NCBI RefSeq assembly: GCF_009914755.1
Contig: NC_060926.1
DNA: 64,000 nucleotides
Strand: one strand, 5' to 3'
DNA from: the human T2T-CHM13v2.0 reference genome, Homo sapiens
The notes beneath the pieces are model-generated. The model had not been told where the DNA came from. It saw nothing but the letters and a program-made list of their open reading frames with translations, and ran no database searches. A program made the position numbers and the translations under genes. Positions 29,841 to 45,484 of this stretch are shown piece by piece; position 1 is the stretch's first letter; each line of letters begins with the position of its first letter.

Positions 29841-30312
29841 TGGTTTTGTTAGTCTTAGTTCACGTATGGATATGGGTGTGCTCGGTTAGTGGTCGGAGCT
29901 GGGTGGAGCACCAGGCACCAGGGGAGGGGCCTGGGTTGGGGGCTGGAAAAGTAGGAGAAGCCAGATGATAAAGCTGAGGAGGATGCTGGTGGAGCCTCCT
30001 AGCCCAGCACCCCTTCAGGGGTCCCTGGCTCGTCTGTGTCCTTGCCTGCCTCTGCCTCGTCTTCATCCCCCTTTCCTGTTGACTGTTGTGCTGAAGAGGA
30101 CAGGAATGTATGTGTATTGTAGTTCATGGCCATCCTATTTATGGGCAAAATAAGTTGTATCAAACCACCCAATTGGTAGGACCCAGCTTATAATAATATT
30201 TGTTGAACAAGTGAATGAGTGAATGAGCAAATGAATGCATAAATGTGTATCTCTTGGCTCCATGGACACAGATATCTGATCCCAGCAACCTGATGAAAAG
30301 TAGGATTGTCTT

Positions 30313-30611
30313 GGCCAGGCACGGTGGCTCACGCCTGTAATCCCAGCACTTTGGGAGGCCAAGGCGGGTGGATCACAAGGTCAGGAGTTCAAGACCAGCC
30401 TGGCCAAGATGGTGAAACCCTGTCTCTACTAAAAATACAAAAAAATTAGCCGGGTGTGGTGGCACGCGCCATAGTCCCAGCTACTCGGGAGACTGACGCA
30501 GAGAATTGCTTGAACCCGGGAGGCGGAGCTTGCAGTGAGCTGAGATCGCGCCACTATACTCCAGCCTGGGTGACAGAGCGAGACTCTGTCTCAAAAAAAA
30601 AAAAAAAAAAA
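30313..30611 (+). mobile_element. AluSg-like
   Basis: 17-bp TSD AAAAGTAGGATTGTCTT. Confidence 0.97.
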
Positions 30612-31594
30612 GTAGGATTGTCTTGACCCCACTCATTCAAATGGTAGCTACTCCACCTTCCAACTCAGATTTGAGAGGTTTTAGCAGTGACATGAGGAGA
30701 AATCATGTAAACATGAGAAGAATGCCACCCAACTTAAGCCTCTTACCACATGGACTATTTTAATAGCTCAGCATAACTTTCTAGGCTGACTTGTAGGCCC
30801 TCGAACGCTGGCTGGGTTTCCCCTCTCTCCCTCATGCTCGTCGGCCTCACGCCGCCAGCTCACCTGAGGATTCACCATGCTGCCTGTCCACACATTCGCT
30901 CTCTCAGTGTAAATCCTGGAAGTCAGCACCCCTTGACATCCCCCGTGCTTGCCACACAAGGAAGAGGCATAAAAATAACAGGAGAATCCCTCCCTCCCTT
31001 CAGATCAGATTCACTTTGATGGCTTTTCCTCTCCATGATGTTAAACTTAAACTTCGTAATTCCACATCCCTGCCTGCTTGGACTTCCAGGCCTGTTTGCT
31101 CCATCCTGGCTCACCTGTAGCCCATGCACGTCAATGGCACCTGCAGATTTCCCGCCTGTGTCCCCATGCTGTAGTTCCAGAGCCCTGCTCTGTTCTCCTA
31201 TAATCGGACTCTCCCAACCCAGCTGCCTATGATTCCTGGGGCCCTCATTGCCCCTAGGACACTCAGGCTGCTCTGTCTTTTTGGCATGATCCCTCCTCTT
31301 CCCCAGTCTTGCTCTTCACTCATTTCAAACACCTGCAAAACGTACCCTCTCCACTTCCCACTTCAGCTCACACCTCTGTTCCATCCCGGCCTGGAGTCCA
31401 CTTGCAGTGGACTCAGACGCATTTATTTATACAGAACCCAGAGGGTCAGCCCCTATTTTCCCATTAGGATTATCTGCATCTTCAGAAGACACATTTTAAC
31501 TCTGTTTTCAATTATTTCATGTCTTTGTGCTTAGTAGAGAAGAATCTAAATTGATCAATGTATGCAAAGTACAGCCAGGACCAGTTATTCTATC

Positions 31595-31790
31595 ACTGGG
31601 ATGGCGAATAAATTTCCACCTGCATGCCAACCCCGATGGTTAACAAAGGTGCTGCAGTGCTGAGTGTTGGAGATTAGAAGAGTCTAGGTTCACATCGAGG
31701 CTCGGTGGGGAAGACTGTGACCCCCTAGTGACACCCCTCGGGCCACAGGGGAAGGGAGCTGCCTGCAGGTCACATGTTTGCCAACCCCTG
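31595..31790. mobile_element. MER112-like hAT-Charlie element
   Basis: Inverted ends CTGGGATGGCGAATA ... TGTTTGCCAACCCCTG. Confidence 0.55.
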
Positions 31791-32079
31791 TCCACTAGAT
31801 CTGTCTCCCTTCATGAGCTCACTTTAGGAAAGGGAGATTTTTGTGGCTTTTATGGGTTGGAAGTTTCTGGAGTTGACAGGGAACCACAGGAGTTGCTTAG
31901 TTGAAAATAATCTTTGTCTCTAATGTTGAACTTGCTCTCATCTGAGATCCAGGGCTGGCTGGAAAGATGAGTAAAGCAGGGGGCAAAATGAGAGCCCTTG
32001 ACCCCTGCAAGAGCCATCATTTACTCAGGAGCTTTTGAACACAGTAGCATTCTAGCAGAAATGAGCCTTGACAAGTTGG

Positions 32080-32381
<302 letters not shown>

Positions 32382-32460
32382 TTGACATGTCGGATTCTTT
32401 AAAGAGAAATTGTCTCTAGACAGCAGAATATGGACTGCCCACTCAGCCCAGATATCTCTC

Positions 32461-32497
<37 letters not shown>

Positions 32498-32622
32498 GAA
32501 GAAGAAGGAGAAGGAGGAGGAGGAGAAGGAGCAGAAGGAGAAGGAGAAGGAGAAGAAAGGAGAAGGAGAAGGAGAAGAAGAAGAAGAAGAGGAGGAGGAG
32601 GAGGAGGAGGACGAAGAAGAAA
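32461..32622. repeat. (AAT)12 joined to a GAA/GGA purine tract
   Basis: Read directly. Confidence 0.95.
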
Positions 32623-32685
32623 AGGTTCTTTAAAGTGAGACCTTAAGGAAGTTATGACTGACTGACCCTTACTATGTAGACCCGC

Positions 32686-32990
32686 TTTTTTTTTTTGGAG
32701 ACAGTGTCTTGCTCTGTTGTCCAGGCTGGAGTGCAGTGGCGTGATCATAGCTCACTGCAGCAATGAACTTCTGGGCTTAAGTGATCCTCCTGCCTTAACC
32801 TCCTGAATAGCTAGGACTACGGGTGCACACCACCATGCCCAGCTAATGTTTTTAGTTTTATTTTTGTAGAGATGGGGGTCTCACTATGTTCCCCCAGGAT
32901 GGTCTTGAACTCCTAGCCTCAAACAATCCTTTGATCCTCCCTCCTCAGCCTCCCAAAGGGCTGGGATTACAGGCATGAGCTGCTGCTCCC
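32686..32990 (-). mobile_element. AluJ
   Basis: Reverse Alu; TSD AGACC(C/T)GCTTTT. Confidence 0.93.
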
Positions 32991-34049
32991 TTAGAGACCT
33001 GCTTTTTCACATAAATTTTAAGTTCCTAAAACAGACTGTCCGGCTCCTCAGGTAGCTCTTAACCTTGAGTTCCTCCAGTCACCTTGGGCTAGCTCTGGTC
33101 CAGCCCCAGCCCTCTTCAGCTGTGCCCTTGACCTTGTCTCTCACCCTTGTCTCCTGCGTTCTAGAGGTCCTGGGCTATTCACTCCTGGCTTCAACCCTTC
33201 CTTACCCTTGACTCTGGCTTACTCACAACCAGTGCTATCCATAAGGAGTGAATCCCTATTGCTTTATTTCTACAAAATGTTGCTGCCTTTTAAAGGCCTC
33301 TGCCAGCTCCTGGCTGCAGCATGGGTAACTGGAGTTCTGTCATTGAGTAGTCAATGTCCACATTCTTACCCAAAATGCTATTCTGGGAGGGGGTGTGGAA
33401 ACTCCTCTGGAGAGGGATGGTCATTTCCTGTTTGGAAGGGGAGACTGGTTGCTCCATGTAATACTTTCTTTGCCATGCAATGAATATCCCCTCACCCCAC
33501 AGTACCCTTCCTCATAAGAGAGCCCTTTTCCATCACTTCCTGCCTAGAAGCCTGTATCTTACACTTGGAGGCATCATTTTGTGCTCCCTGTTGCCAGAAA
33601 TGGGTCCTGGTGGCATCTGGAAAGAAGGAGGAGGAGTTAACCCATAAGAACCCTAGAGAGTGGGAAAACAGAAAAAGGAAAGCTCTCTTTCCCAACCTTT
33701 TAAACTCTTAAATGGCAAGGAAGAATAAAGAACGCTCACCCTGTGATGAAACAGCTCTTCTCAAAGATCAAAATTTCTCTTTTCCTTTGAGGGTTTTTAA
33801 TCAAACACTAAAAATAAATGGATTTCTTTAGTTATATTTAGGCAAATATCACACAATGCCTCCATTTCTTTTCTTTTTCCATTTTCAAATGAGGATCTGT
33901 AAAGAAAAAAGGAAAAGTAAAAATTCCCCTAAACCTGAAGCAAAGATTTATATCAACATGTTTATCAGAGACCAAGCTAAAATCAATCATATATGTAATC
34001 ACACTAACATATTTGTAACATCTTGATTTGACTAATTAAGAAAACTTTT

Positions 34050-34394
<345 letters not shown>

Positions 34395-35882
34395 TCACTC
34401 CCATATACCTGTATTTTGGAACAGATATATCGTCTCCACTTCAACTTTTTATTTGAGTTTTAACCAATCACGAGCACTTAGCATTCTTCCATGGGCTGCG
34501 TTTGTCTGAGATCAGCTTCGCAATGCTCTGCAGGGAGACTGAGTGTCAATGCTCCCTGATGCACCTGCCTCATGGGAATGGATTTTTCCCCCCTTTGAAC
34601 AATTCCTGAATAACCTAGAATTGGAAGCTTGTCCTGGGGAAAGCAGATGACTAGTCATTAGCAGAGGTTAAGGAGAAGTTCTCCTTCCTCCAGCTATCTC
34701 AGCAGCTGCCCAAAAGGCAGAATAGATTGACCTCCACCAGTCTTCTCCCAGCATTACACGTACGCCTGCCGTGGTTCTTGACATCACTCCTGGCTTTGGT
34801 GAGGCCCCTGCTTAGTTTTATCTGTTGATCATAAACAAGTGGTAATTCCACTTCCAAGCACTGAAAAACAACTTCCTTTTCCAAATTTTTCAGTTGCTAT
34901 TTCCCAGGATGGAGTTTAAAAGGAAATGGTTGGAATAGTCCAGGTTTGAGCTCAAATCTTGGGTACCCGTGCTGATGGGATGATGGCAGGGTCTAGCCTA
35001 GAGGAGTTATGGAAGGTGCATATTTGCACTTTTGATTGTGAGCAAGCAGTGCTGCGTTGGATGAACAGAAAGACATTGCAAAACCAAAATATCTTAGATG
35101 AGTAGTGATTAGAATTCACAGGCACTGAGAATGTGTATGATTTCTCCTCTATTGTTAAAAAGGAAGCTCTCAATCTTGGAATATTGCATTAGTAGGTCCC
35201 AGGAAGGAGGTGTGATAAAACCCAAAGGATAGAAGTTAACTCTTCCTAGAGATAGCACTGAAAGCACTAACCTAGTGCTATTAAGTGCTGAAATGCTTTC
35301 TGTTTAGACTTCAAAGAGGCTCAAGGACAGAGCAGCTGTGCCCTGGCAGCATCTCCTTTGATAACCAGACCCCTCACCCCAGTGCGCCAAGGGCAAGCCA
35401 ACAACCTGTGTGCAGAGGGAAGGGAGAATATCACTGATAAAATGCCTTCCGGACAACAGAGACTGTGGACAAATATGAAAGATCAATACCTAGGTTCTAT
35501 CTGATACGGGATCAAAGCAGCCAGACAGTTTACACACAAGCAAATATAATGAATCAATGCATAGCCGCAATTTCAGAAATGTAAATATACATTTTTATGA
35601 TAGCCTGAAGGACCTATAAAGCTAGCAAACAAGAATGTAAATATCCAGCTTAGTCAAATTCTAAGTCGGTTTGATCATTCAGGACAACAGTGTGGCAATA
35701 TGCATAATAAAGAACTGTCAATGTGATTCGTGACCTCTAGCCCAACACCCTACTTTGGGTAGGTATTTTCTCCTGTTTACACTGCAGAAAAAAATTATTT
35801 ATTTACAATTGTAAAAGATAGGGATTCTTTCAGATGCTCAAGAATGGGGAATTGGTTATATAAATACAGACCCCCAGTAAAG

Positions 35883-36907
<1,025 letters not shown>

Positions 36908-38284
36908 ACTCCTCTATGGCACCTTAACCTAAAAGCATGGAGACCTATACCATTATTTTATACATGAGGACACTCAGGAGACGTTAACTCTACGATTGCA
37001 AATAGTTTTCACCTTACATACGAATTCCCTGGATTGGAAAATGTGTCCCGAATTTAAAAGAGTCCACCCCACTCACTACCGCTAAAGAATGATTTTCTCA
37101 TCCCTAGGATGTGACATTATCTGGAAAGAAATATAGCTTCAAATAGCCCAAGAAATAGAGGTCAATGTCACTGGCTGTTTTCAATGTACCATAATGTTTT
37201 CTGGGACTGCCAAAGTTTTCATGATTCATTGACTAAAACCCACTGACAAAAACATAACTTCTTTCAGATTTGATGTATATTTTTCAAAGTAGTGGTTAAA
37301 AACTATTTTTACAAGTATTATGAGGTATTTACTCAAATAGGTAGATATTTAACTTTGTTTTATTTTATAAGATGATAACCTTTTTTACCTCCTAAAACCA
37401 AGAAATAAATGATATACTAGCAATTATTAAGCTTTTGGCATTATCTACCTTTCATTACATGCATAGTAAATATTCGGTTATGCTGTTTCTGATTTAGAGA
37501 TTCATTCCCCCCAAATTCTGCCTTTTATGTTTCATTAGCTATTAATATTGATAACATATTTCTGTTGTCATGATCAACCATGTCCTAAAATAATAATTAC
37601 ATTGAAAACTCAATCTGGAAGAAAAGTGAATACTTAGACAAAAAATTGTGAATGAAATATTAGGTGAGAAAAGAAAAACAAAATAATATTGACACATGTT
37701 ACAGCTATACAAAACTGTTTACTAGTTAAACAATTTCTGGACCAATGTAAATAGCTTAGCATTCCTGTTCTTTTCTTTTGAAAAGTTGCTTAAGACAAAG
37801 ACAGCAAGTTGGAAGAAAAGAAGGGAGAGAGAGAGGGCGCCTGTGCTGAAATGGTAAAATTCCAGTTTCCATGCATCGATTTTGTATGGTAGGATAACCA
37901 ATAAAACACTTCTATGTAGAAATATGGTATGAAGAGAAAAGCTATGGAGAAAGTGAATTGGAAATACCAGTTCAAGAAGAAAACACTACCTTAGTTCATT
38001 TTTTAAATGAATGTTGGTGAGTTTAGAATTATTATAGTTTTGAAATTCTGTTGGAAACTTTTTAAAGAGCAACGTAACAGTTCTATTTTTGATGTTTAAT
38101 ACTTTTTTGCATCTATTAAACTTATGTAAAAATTGTAAATATCAACTTAAAATATCCAACAAGTGAATAGTTTCAAAACCCTTTTAGGAGGTATGTGACA
38201 AAAATCTTTGTAAACGACTAGTCTTCAAAGCTTCTCCTGTTAAAAATGCCTAAAAATGCCTCACAAAAAGAATTATCTTTCTCT

Positions 38285-38666
<382 letters not shown>

Positions 38667-38794
38667 TAAATAACAAAGTCTGAAGTCGTCTATGCTTGAT
38701 TATCTGAGATTTTACTTATCTAATTGCAGATTATCTATATTATCCACATATATACATGGCCTCAGCAATTATCTCCTATTCTACATGTTCTTTT

Positions 38795-39640
38795 TATTAT
38801 TATTATTATTGAGGCGAAATTCACAGATCACGTAATTAACTATTTTAAAGTATACAATTCAGTGGTATTTAGTAGACTCCACAATGTTGTGCAACCACCC
38901 TCTCTAGCTAGTCTCAAAATGTTTTTATCACCCCATAAAAGCGTCCCATACTCATTAAGCAATCATTCCCCTCTTTCCCTTATCCCCAATTGCCTGGTAA
39001 TTTCTAATCTGCTTTCTGTCTCTGTGGATTTGCCTGTTCTAGATACTTTTTTGAGGATTTTTATATCTATATTCATAAGAAATATTGATCTGTAGTTTTC
39101 TTGTATCTTCGCCTGGCTTTGACATCAGGGTGATTCTCGCCTCATAAAATGTGTTAGAAACTCTTCCCACTTCTTCTATTTGTTTGGAAGAGTTTGAGAA
39201 GGATTAGCGTTAATTCTTTTTTAAATGTTTGGGAGAATTTACCAGTGAAGCCATCTGGTCCTGGGCTTTGCTTTGCTGGGAGGTTTCCGATTACTGATTC
39301 AATCTCCCTACTTGTAACAGGTTTGTTGATTTTTCTATGTCTTCTTGAGTCAGTTTCAGTAATTTGTGTGTTCCCAGGTATTCGTTCATTCCATCTAGAT
39401 TATCTAATTTGTTGTCATACCACTCTTCATAGTACTCAGTTATAATTCTTTTAATTTCTAGAAGATCAGCTGTAATGTCCTTGCTTTCATTTCTGATTTT
39501 AGTGATTTGCATCTTCTCTTTTTTTCTTTGTCTAGCTATAGGCTTGTCAACTGCGTTGATCTTTTCAACGAACCTGCTGTTGGTTTCCTTGATTCTGTTG
39601 TTTTTCTACTATTTCATTTATCTCTGTTCTAATCTCTGCT
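38795..39640 (-). mobile_element. L1 fragments (3' end joined to mid-ORF2)
   Basis: 3' UTR text to ~39045, then ORF2 peptide QITKIRNESKDITAD...KLDNL...KLTQEDIE. Confidence 0.85.
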
Positions 39641-39697
39641 GCTGCTTCTCCACTTCCTTCTTTACCTCACCTACCACATAAAAGAATTGCCACAGAA

Positions 39698-40103
<406 letters not shown>

Positions 40104-40364
40104 CTAAAGAAAACTTTCCTGAGACTTTTGGAAACATGTCACATAATCAGCTAAATTAATCATGAAATATAAATTATGATTTTAGTTTTTTCTGGAAAGT
40201 GATAAAATTAGAAATTATTTTTTAAGATAAAAAACAAAGAAAAAAAGTCTGTAAACTATGACATTCAGGGAGGTTCTTTGTCCTTCTGCCCTCATGACCA
40301 CTAGTCAAACAGCCCCTATGCATGCGTATATGTATGTATGAGGGTCTTCAAAAAGTTCACAGAA

Positions 40365-40646
40365 GGCTGGGCACAGCGGCTCATGCCTATAATCCCAGCA
40401 CTTTGGTAGGCTGAGGTGGGTGGATAGTTTGAGGCCAGCCTGGGCAACATGGTGAAACCCTGTCTCTACAAAAAAAGTACAAAAAATTAGTTGAGTATGG
40501 TGGCACGTGCCTGTAGTCCCAGCTACTAGTGGGGGCTGAGGAAGGAGGATTGTTTGAACCCAGGAGGTAGAGGCTGTAGTGAGCCAAGAGCTTACCACTG
40601 CACTCTAGCATGGGTGACAAAGTGAGATGTTGTCAGAAAAAAAAAA
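40365..40646 (+). mobile_element. AluJ inside the Hsmar2 5' TIR
   Basis: TSD AAA(A/T)AGTTCA(C/T)AGAA. Confidence 0.93.
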
Positions 40647-40820
40647 TAGTTCATAGAAAATGTGTATTATGAAAGAACTATGCATGGATTTCAAAAAAAT
40701 TTTTGCACCAAAATAAGCTCATGTTTATTTACTAGCTTGTAATAACATGTCTGAATAGGATCTAGCTTGCAGCCCTAAGAAGGATGATATCAGCTTGAAA
40801 AAATCTTGTATCAGAGCAAT

Positions 40821-42212
40821 ATGATTTCTGCCAATATTGAAGCAAGAACAAACATCAAATTTATGGTGATGTTTGGGTGAAGAATGGTAAAATCGCTGAT
40901 GCTTTATGAAAAGCTTACAGTGATAATGCCCTGAAGAAATCAGCAGTTTACAAATGAATAACTCATTTAAAGAAGGAAGATGATATTGAAGATGAAGCCC
41001 ACAGCAGCAGACGATACACATCAATTTACGAGGGAAAAATTCATCTTGTCTGTGCCTTAATTGAAGAGGACCAATGATTAACGTCATCAAAGACCAAGAG
41101 TGAGAAACAATAGCTAACACCATAGACATCTCAATTGGTTCAGCTTACACAATTCTGACTGAAAAATTAAACTCGAGCAAACTTTCCACTTGATGGCTGC
41201 CAAAACTGTTGTGCCCAGATAATCTGCAGAAAAGAGCAGAGCTTTCAACGGAAATTTTAAACAAATGGAATCAAGATCCTGAAGCATTTCTTTGAAGAAC
41301 TATAGCAGGAGATGGAACATGGCTTTACCAGCACAATCCTGAAGACAAAGCACAATCAAAGCAATGGCTACCAAGAGGTGGAAGTGGTCCAGCCAAAGCA
41401 ACAGTGGACCAGTCAGGAGTCAGGAGCAAAGGTCATGGCAACAGTTTGGGGGAATGCTCAAGGTATTTTGCTTGTGGCGTTCTTTTTTTTTTTTTTTTTT
41501 TTTTTTTTGAGATGTAGTCTGGCTCTGTCGCCCAGGCTGGAGTGCAGTGGCACGATCTCGGCTCACTGCAACCTCCGCCCCCCAAGTTCAAGCAATTATC
41601 TGCCTTAGCCTCCCGAGTAGCTGGGATTATAGGCACCCACCACCACGCCTTGCTAACTTTTTTGTATTTTTAGTAGAGATGGGGTTTCACCATCTTGGCC
41701 AGGCTGGTCTTGAACTCCTGACCTCGTGATCCACCTGCCTCGGCCTCCCAAAGTGTTGGGATTACAGGCGTGAGGCACTGTGCCCAGCCACTTGTGGCTT
41801 TCTTGAGGGCCAAAGGACGATAACATTTGCTTATTATGAGAGTACTTTGAGAGAGTTAGCTGGAGCCTTAGCAGAGAAACACCTGAGAAAGCTTCACTTG
41901 CGAGCCCTTCTCCATCATGACAATGCTCCTCATTCATCTCATCAAATGAGAACAATCTTTTGAGGGTTTTAATGGGAAATCAGTAGGCATCCACACTACG
42001 GTCCTAATTTGGACCCTTCTGACTTCTGTTTATTTCCTGATCTTAAAAAATCTTTAAGGGGCACTCATTTTTCTCCAGTTAATAATATAAAAAAGATTGT
42101 GTTGACATGGTTCAATCCCCAGGATCTTCACTTTTTTAGGGATGGACTAAATGGCTGGTATCATCACTTACAAAAGTGTCTTGGACTTGATGGAGCCTAT
42201 GTTGTAAAATAA
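40821..42212 (+). pseudogene. Defunct Hsmar2 DD34D transposase
   Basis: MISANIEARTNIKFMV start; WLPKLL (WVPHEL-type), GDGTWLY, HHDNAP, YGPNLDPSDF (YSPDLAPSD-type), DGAYVVK stop; multiple stops, frameshifts and an Alu. Confidence 0.9.
41483..41789 (-). mobile_element. AluS inside Hsmar2 ORF
   Basis: TSD CTTGTGGC. Confidence 0.96.
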
Positions 42213-42344
42213 GCCAAAGATGGTGGCTTGTGCCTTTAATCCCAGCTACTCAGGAGGCTGAGGCGGGAGGATCACTTGAGCTCAGGAGTTCAAGACAAGC
42301 CTGGCAACATAGTGAGATGTCATCTCTATAAATAAATAAATAAA
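42213..42344 (+). mobile_element. FLAM-like Alu monomer
   Basis: Single left-type arm with (AAAT)n tail directly after the transposase stop codon. Confidence 0.85.
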
Positions 42345-42419
42345 GGTTTATATATTTTACTTTTTCTTTTAATTCCACTTTCCCACAAACTTTTTGAAGT
42401 TCCCTTGTATGTGAGCATC

Positions 42420-42552
42420 CATACATATGTGTGTGTGTATGCATGCATGCACATGTGTATGTATGTGTGTATGTAGTGTATGTATGCATGCATGTGTGTA
42501 TAAATGTGTGCACATGTATGTGTTTGTAGTGGATGTATGTATGCATGCATGC
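42420..42552. repeat. (TATG/CATG/TG)n low complexity
   Basis: Read directly. Confidence 0.9.
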
Positions 42553-42654
42553 ATTTTATATTTTGCACTGCCCTAGGCCCATGGTGCTGGTGAAGTCATG
42601 AAAGACCAGGAGTGAGGAAACTTAGTCCTGTCCTGTCTCTGCCATGGTCACTGT

Positions 42655-43172
42655 GTGCAGTAGTTATAGCAGATGTCTCTGGGGTGCCAGCACAGCTCCC
42701 AACCATTCTGCCCTTTGCTGTGTGCTATTTCTTCTCATCCCCTATCCCCACATGCCACCAAGTTTATATTATATGAGTCCCCTGCTCCCAGCAATGGCGA
42801 ATTCAACTGAATTGGACAATTGTCCCAAACTGTACCAATCAGATTCCTTCCTCCAAAAACTTGGGCTAGGGACTAAAAAGAGCCAACCAGATTCTTTGTA
42901 TGACAGGAATTGGAATGTGCCTGTGGGTGCTCTCTAAGCAGCAGAGAGCCAGGGCCAAAAACACCAAGCAGACACCAAGAAATGTCAGGTGAAAATGTAA
43001 AGAGAGAATTCCCTGGGTTCTCCATGGCTTTCTGTAGCATTATTTCCAGCCCAACTCTATCTTTCCCTTTGGACTTCATGGAATACCTCTGAATCCTTAT
43101 AACAAATTCTATTTGTTTGTTTGCTTGAAATAACAGGGATCAGCTGCTGTTTCCAACAAAATATTCCTTACT
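42655..43172 (+). mobile_element. LTR33/LTR16-like ERVL LTR
   Basis: CCCAAACTGTACCAATCAGATTCC...GGGCTAGGGACT; ATAACAAATTCTATTTG...GCTTGAAATAA. Confidence 0.5.
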
Positions 43173-43888
43173 GTGCCACCTTGGACAAATCACTTACCTT
43201 CATTTTCTTTCCACTTCTTCACCTCCAAAATAAGGAACTTTGGCCAGATAGCTTCCTACCTCTAATTTATATTAAATGACACCTTCCTGGGGCCTGCCTC
43301 CCAAATGAAGCTAGGTTTTTGCTTACCTGCAGCAGAGAGACGGGAAAAGACTACCGGAAACTTTCTCTGTGTGAGTCAGCTCCCTGGGAGTTGACGCTGA
43401 GGTAAAATCTCCCTTCCTCCAGAGCATATGCCAGCTAGAAAGACCTCATCTTTAGATACACCAGATAACGGCTGTGCTCACCAAGATAAATGAAAGTCTC
43501 TGGTGGGAGGAATCTTTGAAAACAGAATCTGGATAGAACATTTTTCTAGAAGACAATTTGCGTCATGACCCTATAAACATAGAAACATTCTGGTCGCTAT
43601 CTCCTTTCTATACTTTCAGTCAGTCCCATACAATTATTTATTACACACTGAATTATAGACTTTTTATATTATTAAATATGGTTTTATGATCATAAATCTT
43701 GTCTTCCTTATTAGATTAAATGTTTTTCAAGAGTAAGGGTGAAAATGTGTACACGCTGTTCTGAATCCCCATTTTATCCAACCCTATTTTTGGTATTTGG
43801 TAGTTACTTTTGAAAAATTAGTTTCATTCACCACTTAAATAAATAATTGCTTAAAGATGCTCTTCCTGATGTCAAGATTCTTAAGAGG

Positions 43889-44492
<604 letters not shown>

Positions 44493-44747
44493 ATTATTAA
44501 GAGGAACAATTGATTTAATAATTAATTGCAAATTAATTGAATGGAATAAATGAATGATGCCAAAAAATATTCATTGAGTTCATGCTAAGCATCAAAGTGC
44601 ACCCACCTACCCCTCTCTTTTGCACACGAGCTCAGCTATCCAAGAGCAAGGAAGGAGGACATGGAGGTCAGCTGCTCTCCCATTCCTACTGACAGAGGTT
44701 TGCTTATTGAATGTGTCACAGAAGAATAATTTGTACACACTAGATAC

Positions 44748-45143
44748 TATGTTAATCCAGGTCATTGGAGAAGCATATGAGATTAAATGTGCAAGAATTT
44801 TATTAGGGGAAATGCTTGTGTGAGAGAAAATAGGAGAGAAGCTGGAAAAGGCTGAGAAAGTCATCGGATCATGATACAAGTCTGACTCTGTGTGAAGGAG
44901 AGGGAGGGAAGGTTGGTGAAATTCTCCTGGGCTGCCACGCGGTACAAGGAAGGAGCCAGAGGAGTCCCAGGGCTCCAAGAACAGCCCTGCCTTAGTGCTC
45001 CTGCCCTTCTCAGGCACTGACTGCGCAGCCCATAGGAGGCATGGCCTTGGCACAAACTAATGATGGATTTTAGAGTGGAGCAGAAGAGGTCCTTGATCAA
45101 TTACACTTCCTGTAGCTGGTGATCTGCAAGGCATGACCACCGC
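44748..45143 (-). mobile_element. LTR16A-like ERVL LTR
   Basis: GAGATTAAATGTGCAAGAATTTTATTAGGGGAAATGCTTGTG...GTCTGACTCTGTGTGAAGGAGAG...GCATGGCCTTGGCACAAAC. Confidence 0.7.
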
Positions 45144-45441
45144 AGATGTTCAAATATTTGCTTCATTAAATTGTCAGTCTTACCTGAAAGAACCCACACT
45201 CCTCCTCTTTTCTTACTATGTCCATTCTCACCATGACACATAGGCTACAGATCCCAAGAGGTTAAGTGACTCTAGTCATTCAATTATATAGTTTGGCAAA
45301 TTTCCGTAATTTCAGCCCATTAGGAGGCTTCTATGATCCACATTTTTTTCACTCTCAGAGAGTTCAGATTACTTGACAAACACCTCATTTTTTTAATATA
45401 GTCCAAGATTTATTCTCCAAAAACACAGGATAAAATAGGAG

Positions 45442-45442
<1 letters not shown>

Positions 45443-45480
<38 letters not shown>

Positions 45481-45484
45481 TGTA
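45443..45484. repeat. (GT)n microsatellite
   Basis: Read directly. Confidence 0.95.

Larger units (their letters stand above)
40339..42407 (+). mobile_element. Hsmar2 mariner transposon, full length, three nested Alus
   Basis: TA-flanked TIRs TGAGGGTCTTCAAAAAGTTCA ... AAACTTTTTGAAGTTCCCTTG; internal mariner transposase remnants. Confidence 0.93.

Noticed and set aside
32410-32748. Poly-N/R/K and poly-P/L/I ORFs
   Set aside because: Triplet microsatellite translations.
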